Source: a candidate division WOR-3 bacterium (GTDB taxonomy: Bacteria; Hydrothermota; Tepidihabitantia; SM23-42; JAOAFX01). From it: a DNA stretch of 36,526 nt. The DNA is taken from NCBI GenBank assembly GCA_039802265.1, contig JBDRWI010000018.1:1-36526 (forward strand), given 5' to 3'. Under the pieces are notes generated by a model. It made no database searches, was not told the DNA's origin, and worked only from the letters and a program-made list of their open reading frames with translations. This document shows positions 8,354 through 18,059 of this stretch, piece after piece (position 1 is the first letter of the stretch; the number at the start of each line of letters is the position of its first letter). A program made the translations under genes and the position numbers.

Positions 8354-9828
8354 TAAGAAAGGATATCTTTGTGAATGTATCTCCGGCCGAGACGAGGATT
8401 GCGGTCCTGGAGAATGATCTGCTCGTTGAATATCATGTTGAGCGGCCGGACCAGAGTAGCCTTGTGGGAAATATCTATAAGGCAAAGGTCTTGAATCTTA
8501 TGACCGGACTGAAAGCGGCATTCGTTGATCTGGGTCTTGATAAGAATGGCTTTCTGCCGCTGGATGAAATCCCGTTCAAAGAATTCAGTGAACTGTTTGA
8601 AAGTGAAGATGTGGAACTTGATGAAGAATATCGCTCAAAAGAATTAAAATTGAAGGAGAACCAGGAAATTATTGTCCAGGTTACGAAGGATTCATATGGG
8701 GTAAAGGGTCCCCGGGTGACCTCTTATATTTCACTACCGGGGCGGTATGTAGTCCTTTTGGTAAATGCAAGGAATGTCGGGGTCTCCAGGAAGATTCATG
8801 ACCGACGCCAGCGTGATCACCTTTTAAAATTGGGCCGGCAGTTGAAGCCCATCGGTATGGGGTTGATCATTCGCACTGCTGCCGCCCTTGCCAAAGCCGA
8901 AGAGATTCAAAATGAAATTATCTATCTGAAGACCCAGTGGGAAAATACACTCAGTATCGCCAATAAACCAGCCCCCTATCTAATCTATGCCGAACCCGAT
9001 ACACTCATTAAGACCGTGCGCGACCTATTTAATCAGGAAGTCCGTAATCTCTACATTGATGATGAATCAAGATATCGCGAAATTCTTCAATACCTCAGCC
9101 GGGTTTCACCACGACTTCGTTCCCGGGTAAAATTATATACCGATGCCGAACCGATGTTTCTTAAATACGGAATTGAAGAGCAATGTCGAACGATATTTGA
9201 TAGAAAAATCTGGCTTCCCAGTGGTGGATATATTGTACTCGACCAGACCGAGGCGTTTTTGGCAATTGATGTAAATACCGGTAAATCTTCCCGAGAAAAG
9301 CAGGCTGAAAAACTTGCCTTAAGCACAAACCTTGAGGCATTAAAGGAAATTGCCCGGCAACTCCGTTTAAGGGATATCGGTGGACTTGTCGTCGTTGACC
9401 TGATTGACCTGGAGAAAAAGGAAAATCTTGAGAAATTGGTCAGGGAGTTCCGGATTATGATTCGTAATGACCGTGCTCATTACCGGATTGGTGGAATTAG
9501 TGAATTCGGCCTATTTCAGTTTACCCGCGAACGTTCACGCACCAGTCTGACCCAGGCATTGAGTGAAACCTGCCCGGTGTGCAAAGGCAGGGGTCGGGTT
9601 GTTGCAAAGATGAATGTAATAAGCGATATTGTTAGATGGTTTGCTAATAATGCCCGCTCTATAAAGAATAAGGTTGTGGAATTATGGGTTTCACCTCGCA
9701 TCGCCGATTTCCTAACCCTTCAACAGAGCGAGATCTTAGAAAAGCTCTCCAAGGACTACAATCTTATATTAAAATTGAAGACCGATTATTCAATGGCTGA
9801 AGAGGACTTCAAGGTAATGGCAGTTTAA
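8350..9828 (+). CDS. rng: Rne/Rng family ribonuclease (RNase G size)
   Basis: S1 domain GNIYKAKV/AAFVDLG; IDVNTG; RLRDIGG; CPVCKGRG Zn link; GTG start overlapping upstream stop. Confidence 0.92.
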   Translation: MIRKDIFVNVSPAETRIAVLENDLLVEYHVERPDQSSLVGNIYKAKVLNLMTGLKAAFVDLGLDKNGFLPLDEIPFKEFSELFESEDVELDEEYRSKELKLKENQEIIVQVTKDSYGVKGPRVTSYISLPGRYVVLLVNARNVGVSRKIHDRRQRDHLLKLGRQLKPIGMGLIIRTAAALAKAEEIQNEIIYLKTQWENTLSIANKPAPYLIYAEPDTLIKTVRDLFNQEVRNLYIDDESRYREILQYLSRVSPRLRSRVKLYTDAEPMFLKYGIEEQCRTIFDRKIWLPSGGYIVLDQTEAFLAIDVNTGKSSREKQAEKLALSTNLEALKEIARQLRLRDIGGLVVVDLIDLEKKENLEKLVREFRIMIRNDRAHYRIGGISEFGLFQFTRERSRTSLTQALSETCPVCKGRGRVVAKMNVISDIVRWFANNARSIKNKVVELWVSPRIADFLTLQQSEILEKLSKDYNLILKLKTDYSMAEEDFKVMAV

Positions 9829-9840
9829 AAAGGATGTCCC

Positions 9841-11793
9841 ATGAAAAAAAATAATAAAAGTGGTTTTACCCAGGAATTGACCAGGGAAAAGATTGAAAAC
9901 CTGCAGAATCTGGCACGTCTCTGCCGTGGTGACATTTTAAAGATGACCACATTGGCTGGCTCCGGGCATCCCGGTGGTTCAATGTCCTCAATTGAGATTT
10001 ATCTAACCCTTTTTTCCTTTGCCAATATCAATCCTCAAAACTACAATGACCCAGACCGGGATAGAATCATCGTCAGCCATGGTCATACCTCACCTGGTGT
10101 TTATGCTGCCCTTGCCCGTCTGGGGTTCTTTCCCATAGAAGAAGTAATTTTAGGATTCCGAAATATAAATAGTCCATTTGAGGGGCACATTGAACGGCAT
10201 ATTCCAGGGATTGAGTGGTCAACCGGAAATCTTGGGCAGGGATTGAGTGCCGGCTGCGGTTTTGCCCTTGCTGCCCGACTAAAAAAGATTGACTACCACA
10301 CATTTGTGGTAATGAGTGATGCGGAACAGGCAAAGGGGCAGGTTGGTGAGGCACGCAGGTTTGCGCGAAAATATAATCTAAATAATCTCACGGTGTTGAT
10401 TGACTACAACCATTTTCAGATTTCAGGCAGAACCGAAGTGGTAATGCCGGTAAACATAAAAGAGAATTATCTTGCTGATGGCTGGAAGACAGTAGAGATT
10501 GACGGGCATAATTTTGGAGAGATTTTTAATGCTTTAAGGACCGCTATCAATGACAGAGAAAATCCTTATGTGATAATCTGCAATACAACTATTGGCAAGG
10601 GTGTATCATTTATGGAAAATCAGGCAAAATATCACGGTCAGGCATTGACGGAAGGTGAACTTGCCTGGGCATTGATGGAACTGGGGATAGAAAATGACAT
10701 TGAAGACCTTAAGACAAAGAAAAAGAAGGGAATAAAATTAAACCGATATAAAAGAAAGGAAATTCCTCTGCCCTACCTTAATGTTGGAAAACCCAAGGTT
10801 TATAAGGAGACCATCGACCCGCGGCTGGTATTTGGAAATGTCCTTGAAGAAGTTGCCCGACTGAATCCCAAAAACAAAATTGCAGTCTTTGACTGTGACC
10901 TTACCGAATCGGTCAGAACCAATAAATTTGCCTCGGTCCGTCCCGAAAACTTCTTTGAGGTAGGTGTGAGTGAGCATACTACAGCTTCTATTGCCGGTGC
11001 ATTGTCAATAAATGGAATTGTAACAATCTGGGGAGACTTCGGTGTCTTTGGCATTGATGAGGTCTATAACCAGTTACGTCTGAATGACATTAATAATACG
11101 AACTTAAAAATCTTTGCCACCCATCTTGGCTACAATGTTGGTCAGGATGGCAAGACCCATCACTGTATTGATTATCTGGGGGTTTTAAGAAATCTATTTG
11201 GTTTCAAAGTAGTCCTACCCGCTGACCCGAATCAAACCGACCATATTGTTCGCTACTGTTTGAATCAGCCGGGCAACTGGGTTATCGGTGTCGGCAGGAC
11301 AAAACTTCCGATAATCAAGAATCAAGAAGGTACAATTTTCTTTGATGAAGATTATAAATTTGAGTATGGCAAGATTGATATCCTGCGTAACGGCGCTGAT
11401 TGTGCTATATTCACCATGGGCGTTATGACCCATCGGGCAATTGAAGCCTGGGAGATATTAAATAAAGAAGAAATCAAGGTACGGGTTTATAACATATCCA
11501 CACCCTTTTTAATTGACAGGAAAATTGTTCGTGATGCCGCAAAGACCGGTCTTATTGTAACTTATGAGGACCACATCGTTCATTCCGGGCTGGGCAGTAT
11601 CATTGCCCAGATTATTGCCGAAGAAAGTATAAAAACAGAGTTTATAAAGATTGGCATCAGAGAATATGGTGGGTCAGATGAACCCGAGACATTATACAGA
11701 TACTACAATCTTGATTCAAATAGTCTGGTTTCAGTCATAAAAGATTCTTTAAAAGGTAGTAAGAGAGCAATGGCTAAGAGGAAAAGATGGTAA
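9841..11793 (+). CDS. tkt: Transketolase (single-chain)
   Basis: SGHPGGSMS, DRIIVSHGH, GNLGQGLS, GVSEH, GQDGKTH and YEDH motifs. Confidence 0.9.
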   Translation: MKKNNKSGFTQELTREKIENLQNLARLCRGDILKMTTLAGSGHPGGSMSSIEIYLTLFSFANINPQNYNDPDRDRIIVSHGHTSPGVYAALARLGFFPIEEVILGFRNINSPFEGHIERHIPGIEWSTGNLGQGLSAGCGFALAARLKKIDYHTFVVMSDAEQAKGQVGEARRFARKYNLNNLTVLIDYNHFQISGRTEVVMPVNIKENYLADGWKTVEIDGHNFGEIFNALRTAINDRENPYVIICNTTIGKGVSFMENQAKYHGQALTEGELAWALMELGIENDIEDLKTKKKKGIKLNRYKRKEIPLPYLNVGKPKVYKETIDPRLVFGNVLEEVARLNPKNKIAVFDCDLTESVRTNKFASVRPENFFEVGVSEHTTASIAGALSINGIVTIWGDFGVFGIDEVYNQLRLNDINNTNLKIFATHLGYNVGQDGKTHHCIDYLGVLRNLFGFKVVLPADPNQTDHIVRYCLNQPGNWVIGVGRTKLPIIKNQEGTIFFDEDYKFEYGKIDILRNGADCAIFTMGVMTHRAIEAWEILNKEEIKVRVYNISTPFLIDRKIVRDAAKTGLIVTYEDHIVHSGLGSIIAQIIAEESIKTEFIKIGIREYGGSDEPETLYRYYNLDSNSLVSVIKDSLKGSKRAMAKRKRW

Positions 11794-12800
11794 TTGTCAG
11801 ATTGATTGCCTTGACCTCAATTATGCTCTTTGCCGACTCCCTCACCGTAATTGCTGTTGGTGATATAATGATGGGCACTACCTATCCGGAAAAGAGACTT
11901 CCCCCTGATGATGGAAGAGAAATATTCAAGGATGTAGCACCCATACTCGCTTCGGCAGACTTGACCTTGGGAAACCTTGAAGGACCGCTCACCGAAACCG
12001 GAAAATGCACAAAGAAGATAGAAAAAGGCAGATGTTATGCATTCAAGACACCACCCCATTATGCCCGGTATCTCGCTGAGGCAGGCTTTGATTTTATGAA
12101 TTTAAAGAATAATCACACCAATGACTTTGGACCCGAGGGTATCACTTCAACGATTGAAGCATTGGAAAAATTTGGACTCAAATACGGAACTGATGCAAAA
12201 AATGGAGAATTTAATATCAGGAATATGAAAGTCTGTATAATCTGCTTTTCCGCCGCGGACTGGGGGAATTCTATTTTTAATATCAAAGATGCACAAAGAA
12301 AGGTTGCTGAACTTAATCGAGCATACGACATTATCATTGTTTCATTCCATGGCGGTGGTGAGGGAACCGCCTATTTACATACCCGTGATACATTTGAGTA
12401 TTTTATGGGCTGGCCCAGGGGAAATGTCATTAAATTTGCCCACGCCGTTATAGACAGTGGTGCCGATTTAGTCTGGGGACATGGACCCCATGTTCCCCGG
12501 GCAATGGAAATTTACAAAAACCGACTCATAGCTTATAGCCTTGGTAATTTCTTTACCTGGGGTTTTAACTTAAATGATGAACGGGGTTATGCACCGATCT
12601 TGAAGGTTGTCCTTGATTCAACCGGTGCCTTTAAAGGTGGTAAGATTTATTCGGCAATACAGCAGACACTTTCTTTTCCCAAGATTGATTCCCTGCATCG
12701 TGTTGCAAAACTTGTAAAGAGACTCTCCCTTGAAGACTTTCCAGATTCAGCATTAGAAATTACCCAGACTGGTGAGATATATCCTGCTCAAAAGAAATGA
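11787..12800 (+). CDS. CapA/PGA_cap family metallophosphatase-fold protein, exported
   Basis: VGDIM, GNLEG, NNHTNDFG, SFHGG, GHGPHV and YSLGNF motifs. Confidence 0.9.
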   Translation: MVIVRLIALTSIMLFADSLTVIAVGDIMMGTTYPEKRLPPDDGREIFKDVAPILASADLTLGNLEGPLTETGKCTKKIEKGRCYAFKTPPHYARYLAEAGFDFMNLKNNHTNDFGPEGITSTIEALEKFGLKYGTDAKNGEFNIRNMKVCIICFSAADWGNSIFNIKDAQRKVAELNRAYDIIIVSFHGGGEGTAYLHTRDTFEYFMGWPRGNVIKFAHAVIDSGADLVWGHGPHVPRAMEIYKNRLIAYSLGNFFTWGFNLNDERGYAPILKVVLDSTGAFKGGKIYSAIQQTLSFPKIDSLHRVAKLVKRLSLEDFPDSALEITQTGEIYPAQKK

Positions 12801-14053
12801 AAAATAAATTTTTTGTGAGTCCCACTAAAGCATTAAGACCAATTTTTTTACTCACAGTTTTTGCTATTATTTTCATTTCAGAGTGCAAAAGAGAAGAAGA
12901 GAAATTTATTTCATCTAAAATTAAAATTGATACGCTATCGCCACCCAGGGATTCATTGGTAATGTTCAGGGGCAACCCCTGCCATACATTTTATGGCTCG
13001 GGCAAGGTGCCCAGGAAGATTAAACTGCTATGGAAATTCAAGACCGGTTATATCCTTGAAGGGGAAAAAGAGAAAAGGGGCGTTGACCCCAAGATGGTCT
13101 GGCAGGGAGTTGCCTGGAGTGGACAGCCGGCAATCCTCGGTGATACACTTCTCTTTGGCGCCTGTGATGGTTATCTATACTGCCTTGATAAAAATACGGG
13201 CAAACTGTTCTGGAAATATAAATGTGACCATTCTATTAAATCTTCACCAACAATCTATAAAGGCCGAGTATATTTTGGTTCGCGTGACAACCATATTCAC
13301 TGTGTTTATTTAAGTAGCGGGAAACCCGTCTGGAAAACTAAAATTGGCAATGATATGGACTCTTCACCCTGTATAATTAATGATACAATATATGTTGGTG
13401 GTGAGGACCATTATATTTATTGCTTTACTGCAGATAGCGGTAAGATTGTCTGGAAAACAAAGGTAGAAGGCTCGGTTGAGTCTTCGGTGGCAATAATAGA
13501 CACATTCTTATATGCAGGCTCTTCAAGGGGATATCTATATTGTCTATCAACAAAGAATGGCAATATCTTATGGAAATTTAAGACCGGTTCCGACACCGAT
13601 GTATCACCGGTGATAATAGATGATTTAATTTATGTAGGCAGTGAAGGTGGGATGATGTTCTGTTTAAGCAGACTGACCCATGAAGTAATCTGGAAGTATA
13701 AGACAAAGGGACGGGTGATTTCAACGCCGGCGATCGTTGATAACCGAATCTACTTTGGTTCTGGTGATGGACAATTTCACTGTCTGAGTGCGGATTCCGG
13801 AAAAGTCATCTGGAAGTTCAAGACTGATGGTGGAATATGGAGCTCGCCCTGTGTCAGTGATTCAATGGTGGTTGTGGCTTCAAGAAGTGGCAAGATATAT
13901 TGCCTGACAATTGATGGCATTCTTGTCTGGTATTTTCCCACCGGTGGTGTAATAAATGCAACACCGGCAGTTTTAAATGGGAGAATCTATTGTGGTTCCC
14001 ATGACGGTTATTTTTACTGCCTGACTGGTGATACGGTGACATCAGCCCAGTGA
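12797..14053 (+). CDS. PQQ-binding-like (BamB-like) beta-propeller repeat protein, exported or lipoprotein
   Basis: About eight repeats of SSP..(D)..IY.GS.DG.LYCL...G...WK(F/Y)K; N-terminal hydrophobic segment followed by Cys. Confidence 0.88.
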   Translation: MKNKFFVSPTKALRPIFLLTVFAIIFISECKREEEKFISSKIKIDTLSPPRDSLVMFRGNPCHTFYGSGKVPRKIKLLWKFKTGYILEGEKEKRGVDPKMVWQGVAWSGQPAILGDTLLFGACDGYLYCLDKNTGKLFWKYKCDHSIKSSPTIYKGRVYFGSRDNHIHCVYLSSGKPVWKTKIGNDMDSSPCIINDTIYVGGEDHYIYCFTADSGKIVWKTKVEGSVESSVAIIDTFLYAGSSRGYLYCLSTKNGNILWKFKTGSDTDVSPVIIDDLIYVGSEGGMMFCLSRLTHEVIWKYKTKGRVISTPAIVDNRIYFGSGDGQFHCLSADSGKVIWKFKTDGGIWSSPCVSDSMVVVASRSGKIYCLTIDGILVWYFPTGGVINATPAVLNGRIYCGSHDGYFYCLTGDTVTSAQ

Positions 14054-14074
14054 TAAATCCTTGGATTTACATAT

Positions 14075-15598
14075 CTACCTTTCATCAAATTTTTTAATCC
14101 TATTTAAGAGGGGCTTCAATCTTAATATCGTTGCGAATTTCTTTGCCTCTTTGAGTTCTGCTGAATAATTCAATTTCAAATATTTCTTCACTTCAGCCAA
14201 AAGTAAATATGATTGAAGACGGTAATTTATTAAACCATGTTTTTTTACCATCTTTAAATATTCCATCGCCTGCCTTAAGGCATTTTTATAATCTTTTATT
14301 TTTAACTTATATTTAATATAGACTGGTAGAATTTCAAAAACAAATTCCTTAGACCTCCTGGTCAGCAAAAGGGCTTGATTTATAAACTTCCGTGCATCCA
14401 TGATTGTATAGGTGTGCACCTTTTCATGTTTAATAATTAACTCTACAAATAGGATTAAACATTCAACATATTGATTTAAAATCTTATGTTTCCGGGTGAG
14501 TTCATAACTTTCTTTAAGACATTTTAGCGCCTTCTTGGGACAGCCGATTTCCATAAAATATTTTGTTTTATAATTCAAAACTATAGAAATAGAATATGGA
14601 TTTTCAATCTCCCGCGCCAGTGCTTCAGCGCGGTCAAAGAAATTTATACACTTTCTATACCACCCCCTCATTAGGTATATTCGGCCGATATTTACTAAAT
14701 TCTCAATCTTAACCAAAGGGTCTTTTGTTATTTTGAAGAGATTTAGACTCTTTCTATATGCCTTTATGGCTTCATCAAATTTGCCCAGGCTGGTTAAGAG
14801 CGTTCCTTTTGCAAAAAGATTATAATACATTCCATCCAAGCTGTTAATGTCTCTACTGATTTCAAGTGTCTTGTTGACACATTCCATTGCCTTTTTATAA
14901 CTATGTTGTCGCGCTAAAATTGATGCAATGCTATAAAGAAAATCTATCATAGCAGGTCTATCTTGAATTTTCTCGGCAACCCTGAGTCCTTGATTGTAGT
15001 AATTCAATGCCTTCTTGAGAATACCCCTTTCGGAATAGATATTACCGATATCGTTTAGAATAAATGATACTTTTCTTAAGTTATTCTTACCCCTGGCAAT
15101 TTTAAGGGCTTTTTTAAAGAACATAAGCCCTTTGTCATACCGCCCAAGGAGGCAGTGGACAATTCCTTCTGCTACATCAAGTGCCTCCTTTTCAATTTCT
15201 TTAGATAATTTCGGATATCTTTTTAATAGACATTTTGCCTCGGCAAGGGCCTTTATGGACTTTTTATAAAAACCCATCTTGCGTAAAATATGGGAAAAAG
15301 AGAGCAGACCTTTAATATGTTCCAAAATCAACTTGTTTTTACGCGATAAATATAGTGCCTTTTGTATGGAATTGTATGCATCTTCAATCTTGCCTGCCTC
15401 AAGACATAAATCGCTAAGTCCCGCATAGAAAAGTAGCCGGTTTTGTGTTGTTGGCAAAATCTTCAGCATTCTATAATAATCCTTTTCTGCCTCTTCATAA
15501 TTACCCAAGAGTTGAAAGACATTTGCCCGCTCATTTAGTGCATAAACGACGAGGGATTTTCTTCTAACTGTATTTATCAGTGGTGATTTCTTTATCAT
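14075..15598 (-). CDS. TPR cassette protein (intact, cassette 5)
   Basis: Multiple TPRs; N-terminal RRKSLVVYALNERANVFQLLG motif shared with the other cassettes. Confidence 0.85.
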   Translation of the reverse strand: MIKKSPLINTVRRKSLVVYALNERANVFQLLGNYEEAEKDYYRMLKILPTTQNRLLFYAGLSDLCLEAGKIEDAYNSIQKALYLSRKNKLILEHIKGLLSFSHILRKMGFYKKSIKALAEAKCLLKRYPKLSKEIEKEALDVAEGIVHCLLGRYDKGLMFFKKALKIARGKNNLRKVSFILNDIGNIYSERGILKKALNYYNQGLRVAEKIQDRPAMIDFLYSIASILARQHSYKKAMECVNKTLEISRDINSLDGMYYNLFAKGTLLTSLGKFDEAIKAYRKSLNLFKITKDPLVKIENLVNIGRIYLMRGWYRKCINFFDRAEALAREIENPYSISIVLNYKTKYFMEIGCPKKALKCLKESYELTRKHKILNQYVECLILFVELIIKHEKVHTYTIMDARKFINQALLLTRRSKEFVFEILPVYIKYKLKIKDYKNALRQAMEYLKMVKKHGLINYRLQSYLLLAEVKKYLKLNYSAELKEAKKFATILRLKPLLNRIKKFDER

Positions 15599-15627
15599 TG
15601 AATTATCAAATCTTTCACCTTTTTGAA

Positions 15628-16236
15628 CTATAATTTTGCATTAAGATTTTTAAAAATCTCCTTTGCCTTTTGTAGATATTGATTTGCCCTTTTCGTTTCA
15701 TGACTTTTCAGCATCTCGCCATAGTAATAACATGCCTTTGCCAGTCCAAATAACTGTTTCAACTCTTCAAAGATTTTAATCGCCTCTTTGAATTTGCCCT
15801 CTGCACTCTCAATCCTTGCCCATAAAAGCAATGCCTCGGCTCCTACCCTGTCTTGACTTCAACTCTTCAGCCAACTTTTGTGATAATTCAGCGTATATTG
15901 AAGCATCTTCCATTTTATTACGGATAAGTAACAGTTCCGCCAATGAAGTATAAACCATCCGCAGAACCTCTTTATGACCAATCTTTTTTCCAATCTTTTC
16001 TGCCAAGATTAAATATTTTGTTCCCTTTTTATCATCCCCTAACTCAAAATAAATTTTACCGATATTTCTAATTAACACCACTTTTCCCATCTGATCACCA
16101 ATTTCTTCAAGAATTTCTAAAGATTTATTATAATAACCAAACACATTTTGATAATCACCAAGTAGTGAATAAATACAACCAAATTCTTATCAATAAATTT
16201 ATCGATATTCACCTTCTCTTTATATGTTTTAATCAC
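15628..16236 (-). pseudogene. Decayed TPR cassette (cassette 4)
   Basis: GTG 16236 overlaps the upstream TGA and reads MIKTYKEK...DKNLVV; a different frame gives a TPR fragment (GCIYSLLGDY..., continuing into 15809..16144); a frameshift leads to the C-terminal fragment 15628..15831 (KFKEAIKIFEELKQLFGLAKACYYYG). Confidence 0.75.
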
Positions 16237-17528
16237 AGTTTCCATTTTAATTCACTCCATAGTTTTTCAATTTTTTCAAGATAATGCTTGTTCCCTATTC
16301 TTGTAAAAATTTTTTTGGATTTTTTAAGTGGTTCAATTGCTGATTTAAAGTTTCTTTGAGAAATTAAAAATTTAGAATAATAGTAATAAGTAACAGCAAG
16401 TTGATAGTTTTCATTAAGTTTTTCTAATATTTCTATTGACTTCTTGTAATCCTCTTCACTTTTCTCCAACCTTGCCTTTAAAAATAAGACTATTCCCTTC
16501 CTGCTTTCTGACCGCATTTCTTGGGCTAAATCCATTGCTAATTTTATATAAGTTCTGGCATTGTTAATTTCAGCCTTTTTAAAATAATATTGGACAAAAG
16601 TCATAAAGATATCGCATAGAAGCTCTTTTGTTCTTAATTTATTTGCTATTTTTTCAGATTTACGAAGACAGTCCAATCCTTTTTTGAAATCATCTGTCTC
16701 AATGTAAATATCGGCAATTGCCTTTAAACAGCAGGCGCTGCTCCATTTATCTCCGATTTTTTCGTATATTGTCAATGCCTCCTTAAAATATTCCAGGCTC
16801 GTATTATAAATAGAAAGCACATTGTAAACTTCACCAATACTTAATAAGCTTGTTGCTTTACCCCAGATATCTCCAATCTCTTCCTTTATTTTAAAAGAAT
16901 TTATCAAGTAGCTGAGAGATTTTTTATATTCTCCAATGCGGGCGTATATTGCACCGATATTATGTAGAGTCTTCGCCATTGTTCCCTTATCTTTCAATTT
17001 TTCTTTTAGTCTAAGTGACTTCTTATAGTAATAAAGTGCCTTGGAATACTTACCCAGGGAATAATAGACATTGCCAATATTATTTAAGGCGGCCGATGCC
17101 CTTAAACAATTTTTAACTTCCTCTGCTATCTCTAAGCTTTTATTATAATAATTAAGGGCAAAATTAAATTTACCGAGTGAGTAATAAACATTGGCAATTT
17201 GATGTAAAGCCTCTGAAATACCATTTCTATCTGATAGTTTTTTATAAATACCTAATGCCTTTTTTGATAATTTTAGCATATCTTCAAATTTTGCCATAGA
17301 AAGATAAAAATCGGTAAAATTCATAAGAAGGTCAGCTAAAACCTTTTTATCATCGGTCTCATTTGCTAAATCAATGCCCTTTTCAATATCTAAACATGCC
17401 TTCGCTTTTTCTCCAATAAAGTTATAAACAGATGCCCTTGCTTTATAAGCCCGAATCAAAAGATGCTTTCTTGAATCTCCATTCATCGGATTTCTTGGGT
17501 AATTGGTTCCTCGATTTTCTTTAGCCAC
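16233..17528 (-). CDS. TPR cassette protein (intact, cassette 3); start may be ATG 17486
   Basis: MNGDSRKHLLIRAYKARASVYNFIG motif; repeated LNNIGNVYYSLG-type TPRs; shared C-terminal LAVTYYYY...KIF motif. Confidence 0.87.
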   Translation of the reverse strand: MAKENRGTNYPRNPMNGDSRKHLLIRAYKARASVYNFIGEKAKACLDIEKGIDLANETDDKKVLADLLMNFTDFYLSMAKFEDMLKLSKKALGIYKKLSDRNGISEALHQIANVYYSLGKFNFALNYYNKSLEIAEEVKNCLRASAALNNIGNVYYSLGKYSKALYYYKKSLRLKEKLKDKGTMAKTLHNIGAIYARIGEYKKSLSYLINSFKIKEEIGDIWGKATSLLSIGEVYNVLSIYNTSLEYFKEALTIYEKIGDKWSSACCLKAIADIYIETDDFKKGLDCLRKSEKIANKLRTKELLCDIFMTFVQYYFKKAEINNARTYIKLAMDLAQEMRSESRKGIVLFLKARLEKSEEDYKKSIEILEKLNENYQLAVTYYYYSKFLISQRNFKSAIEPLKKSKKIFTRIGNKHYLEKIEKLWSELKWKL

Positions 17529-17532
17529 ACCT

Positions 17533-18059
17533 TTAGCTCGATTTTTTCAAAGTTCCATTTTGTAGATATTTTATTAACCCTTCGCCCCACTCAGGTGGGG
17601 CGCTACAATATTCACCATAGTAAAAATATGCCCTTGCTATCCCAAAGGGCTGTTTAAGTTCTTCAAAGATTTTTAGCGCAGACTTGAAATAGCTGTCAGC
17701 CATTAGCTATTAGCGGATGAGGGCCCCGCCTGTGAAGGGATCACAGCTGCCCTGCCCCGGCGGTCACCAATTTCTTCTCTTATCTTCAAAGATTTATTAT
17801 AATATTCAAGTGCTCGGTCGTACTTGCCAAACCTACTATACACAAGGCCGATTTTGTTGAGGTTTTCACCAATCCCTTTCCGTTCATTTAGTTCTTCATA
17901 TAGTTTCAGGGATTCCTGCGCAGAGTTAAACATCCCATCATACTGACTGATTAAACCGTAAATAGTTGCTAATAATTTTTTTGTGCCAGTTAAATCATAA
18001 ACCTCAGCCCTATCCATCAATGCCTTGATTAAGAGATTTTTTCTGGAAAGATTGGTCAT
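17533..18059 (-). pseudogene. Decayed, internally deleted TPR cassette (cassette 2)
   Basis: 17703..18059 has the start motif MTNLSRKNLLIKALMDRAEVYDLTG and about 2 TPRs; 17533..17703 encodes the C-terminal motif FKSALKIFEELKQPFGIARAYFYYGEY. Confidence 0.75.
17583..17606 (-). repeat. GTAG-type REP-like palindrome
   Basis: GTAG-CGCCCCAC-CTGA-GTGGGGCG: perfect 8-bp GC-rich stem preceded by GTAG, in AT-rich context. Confidence 0.5.
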
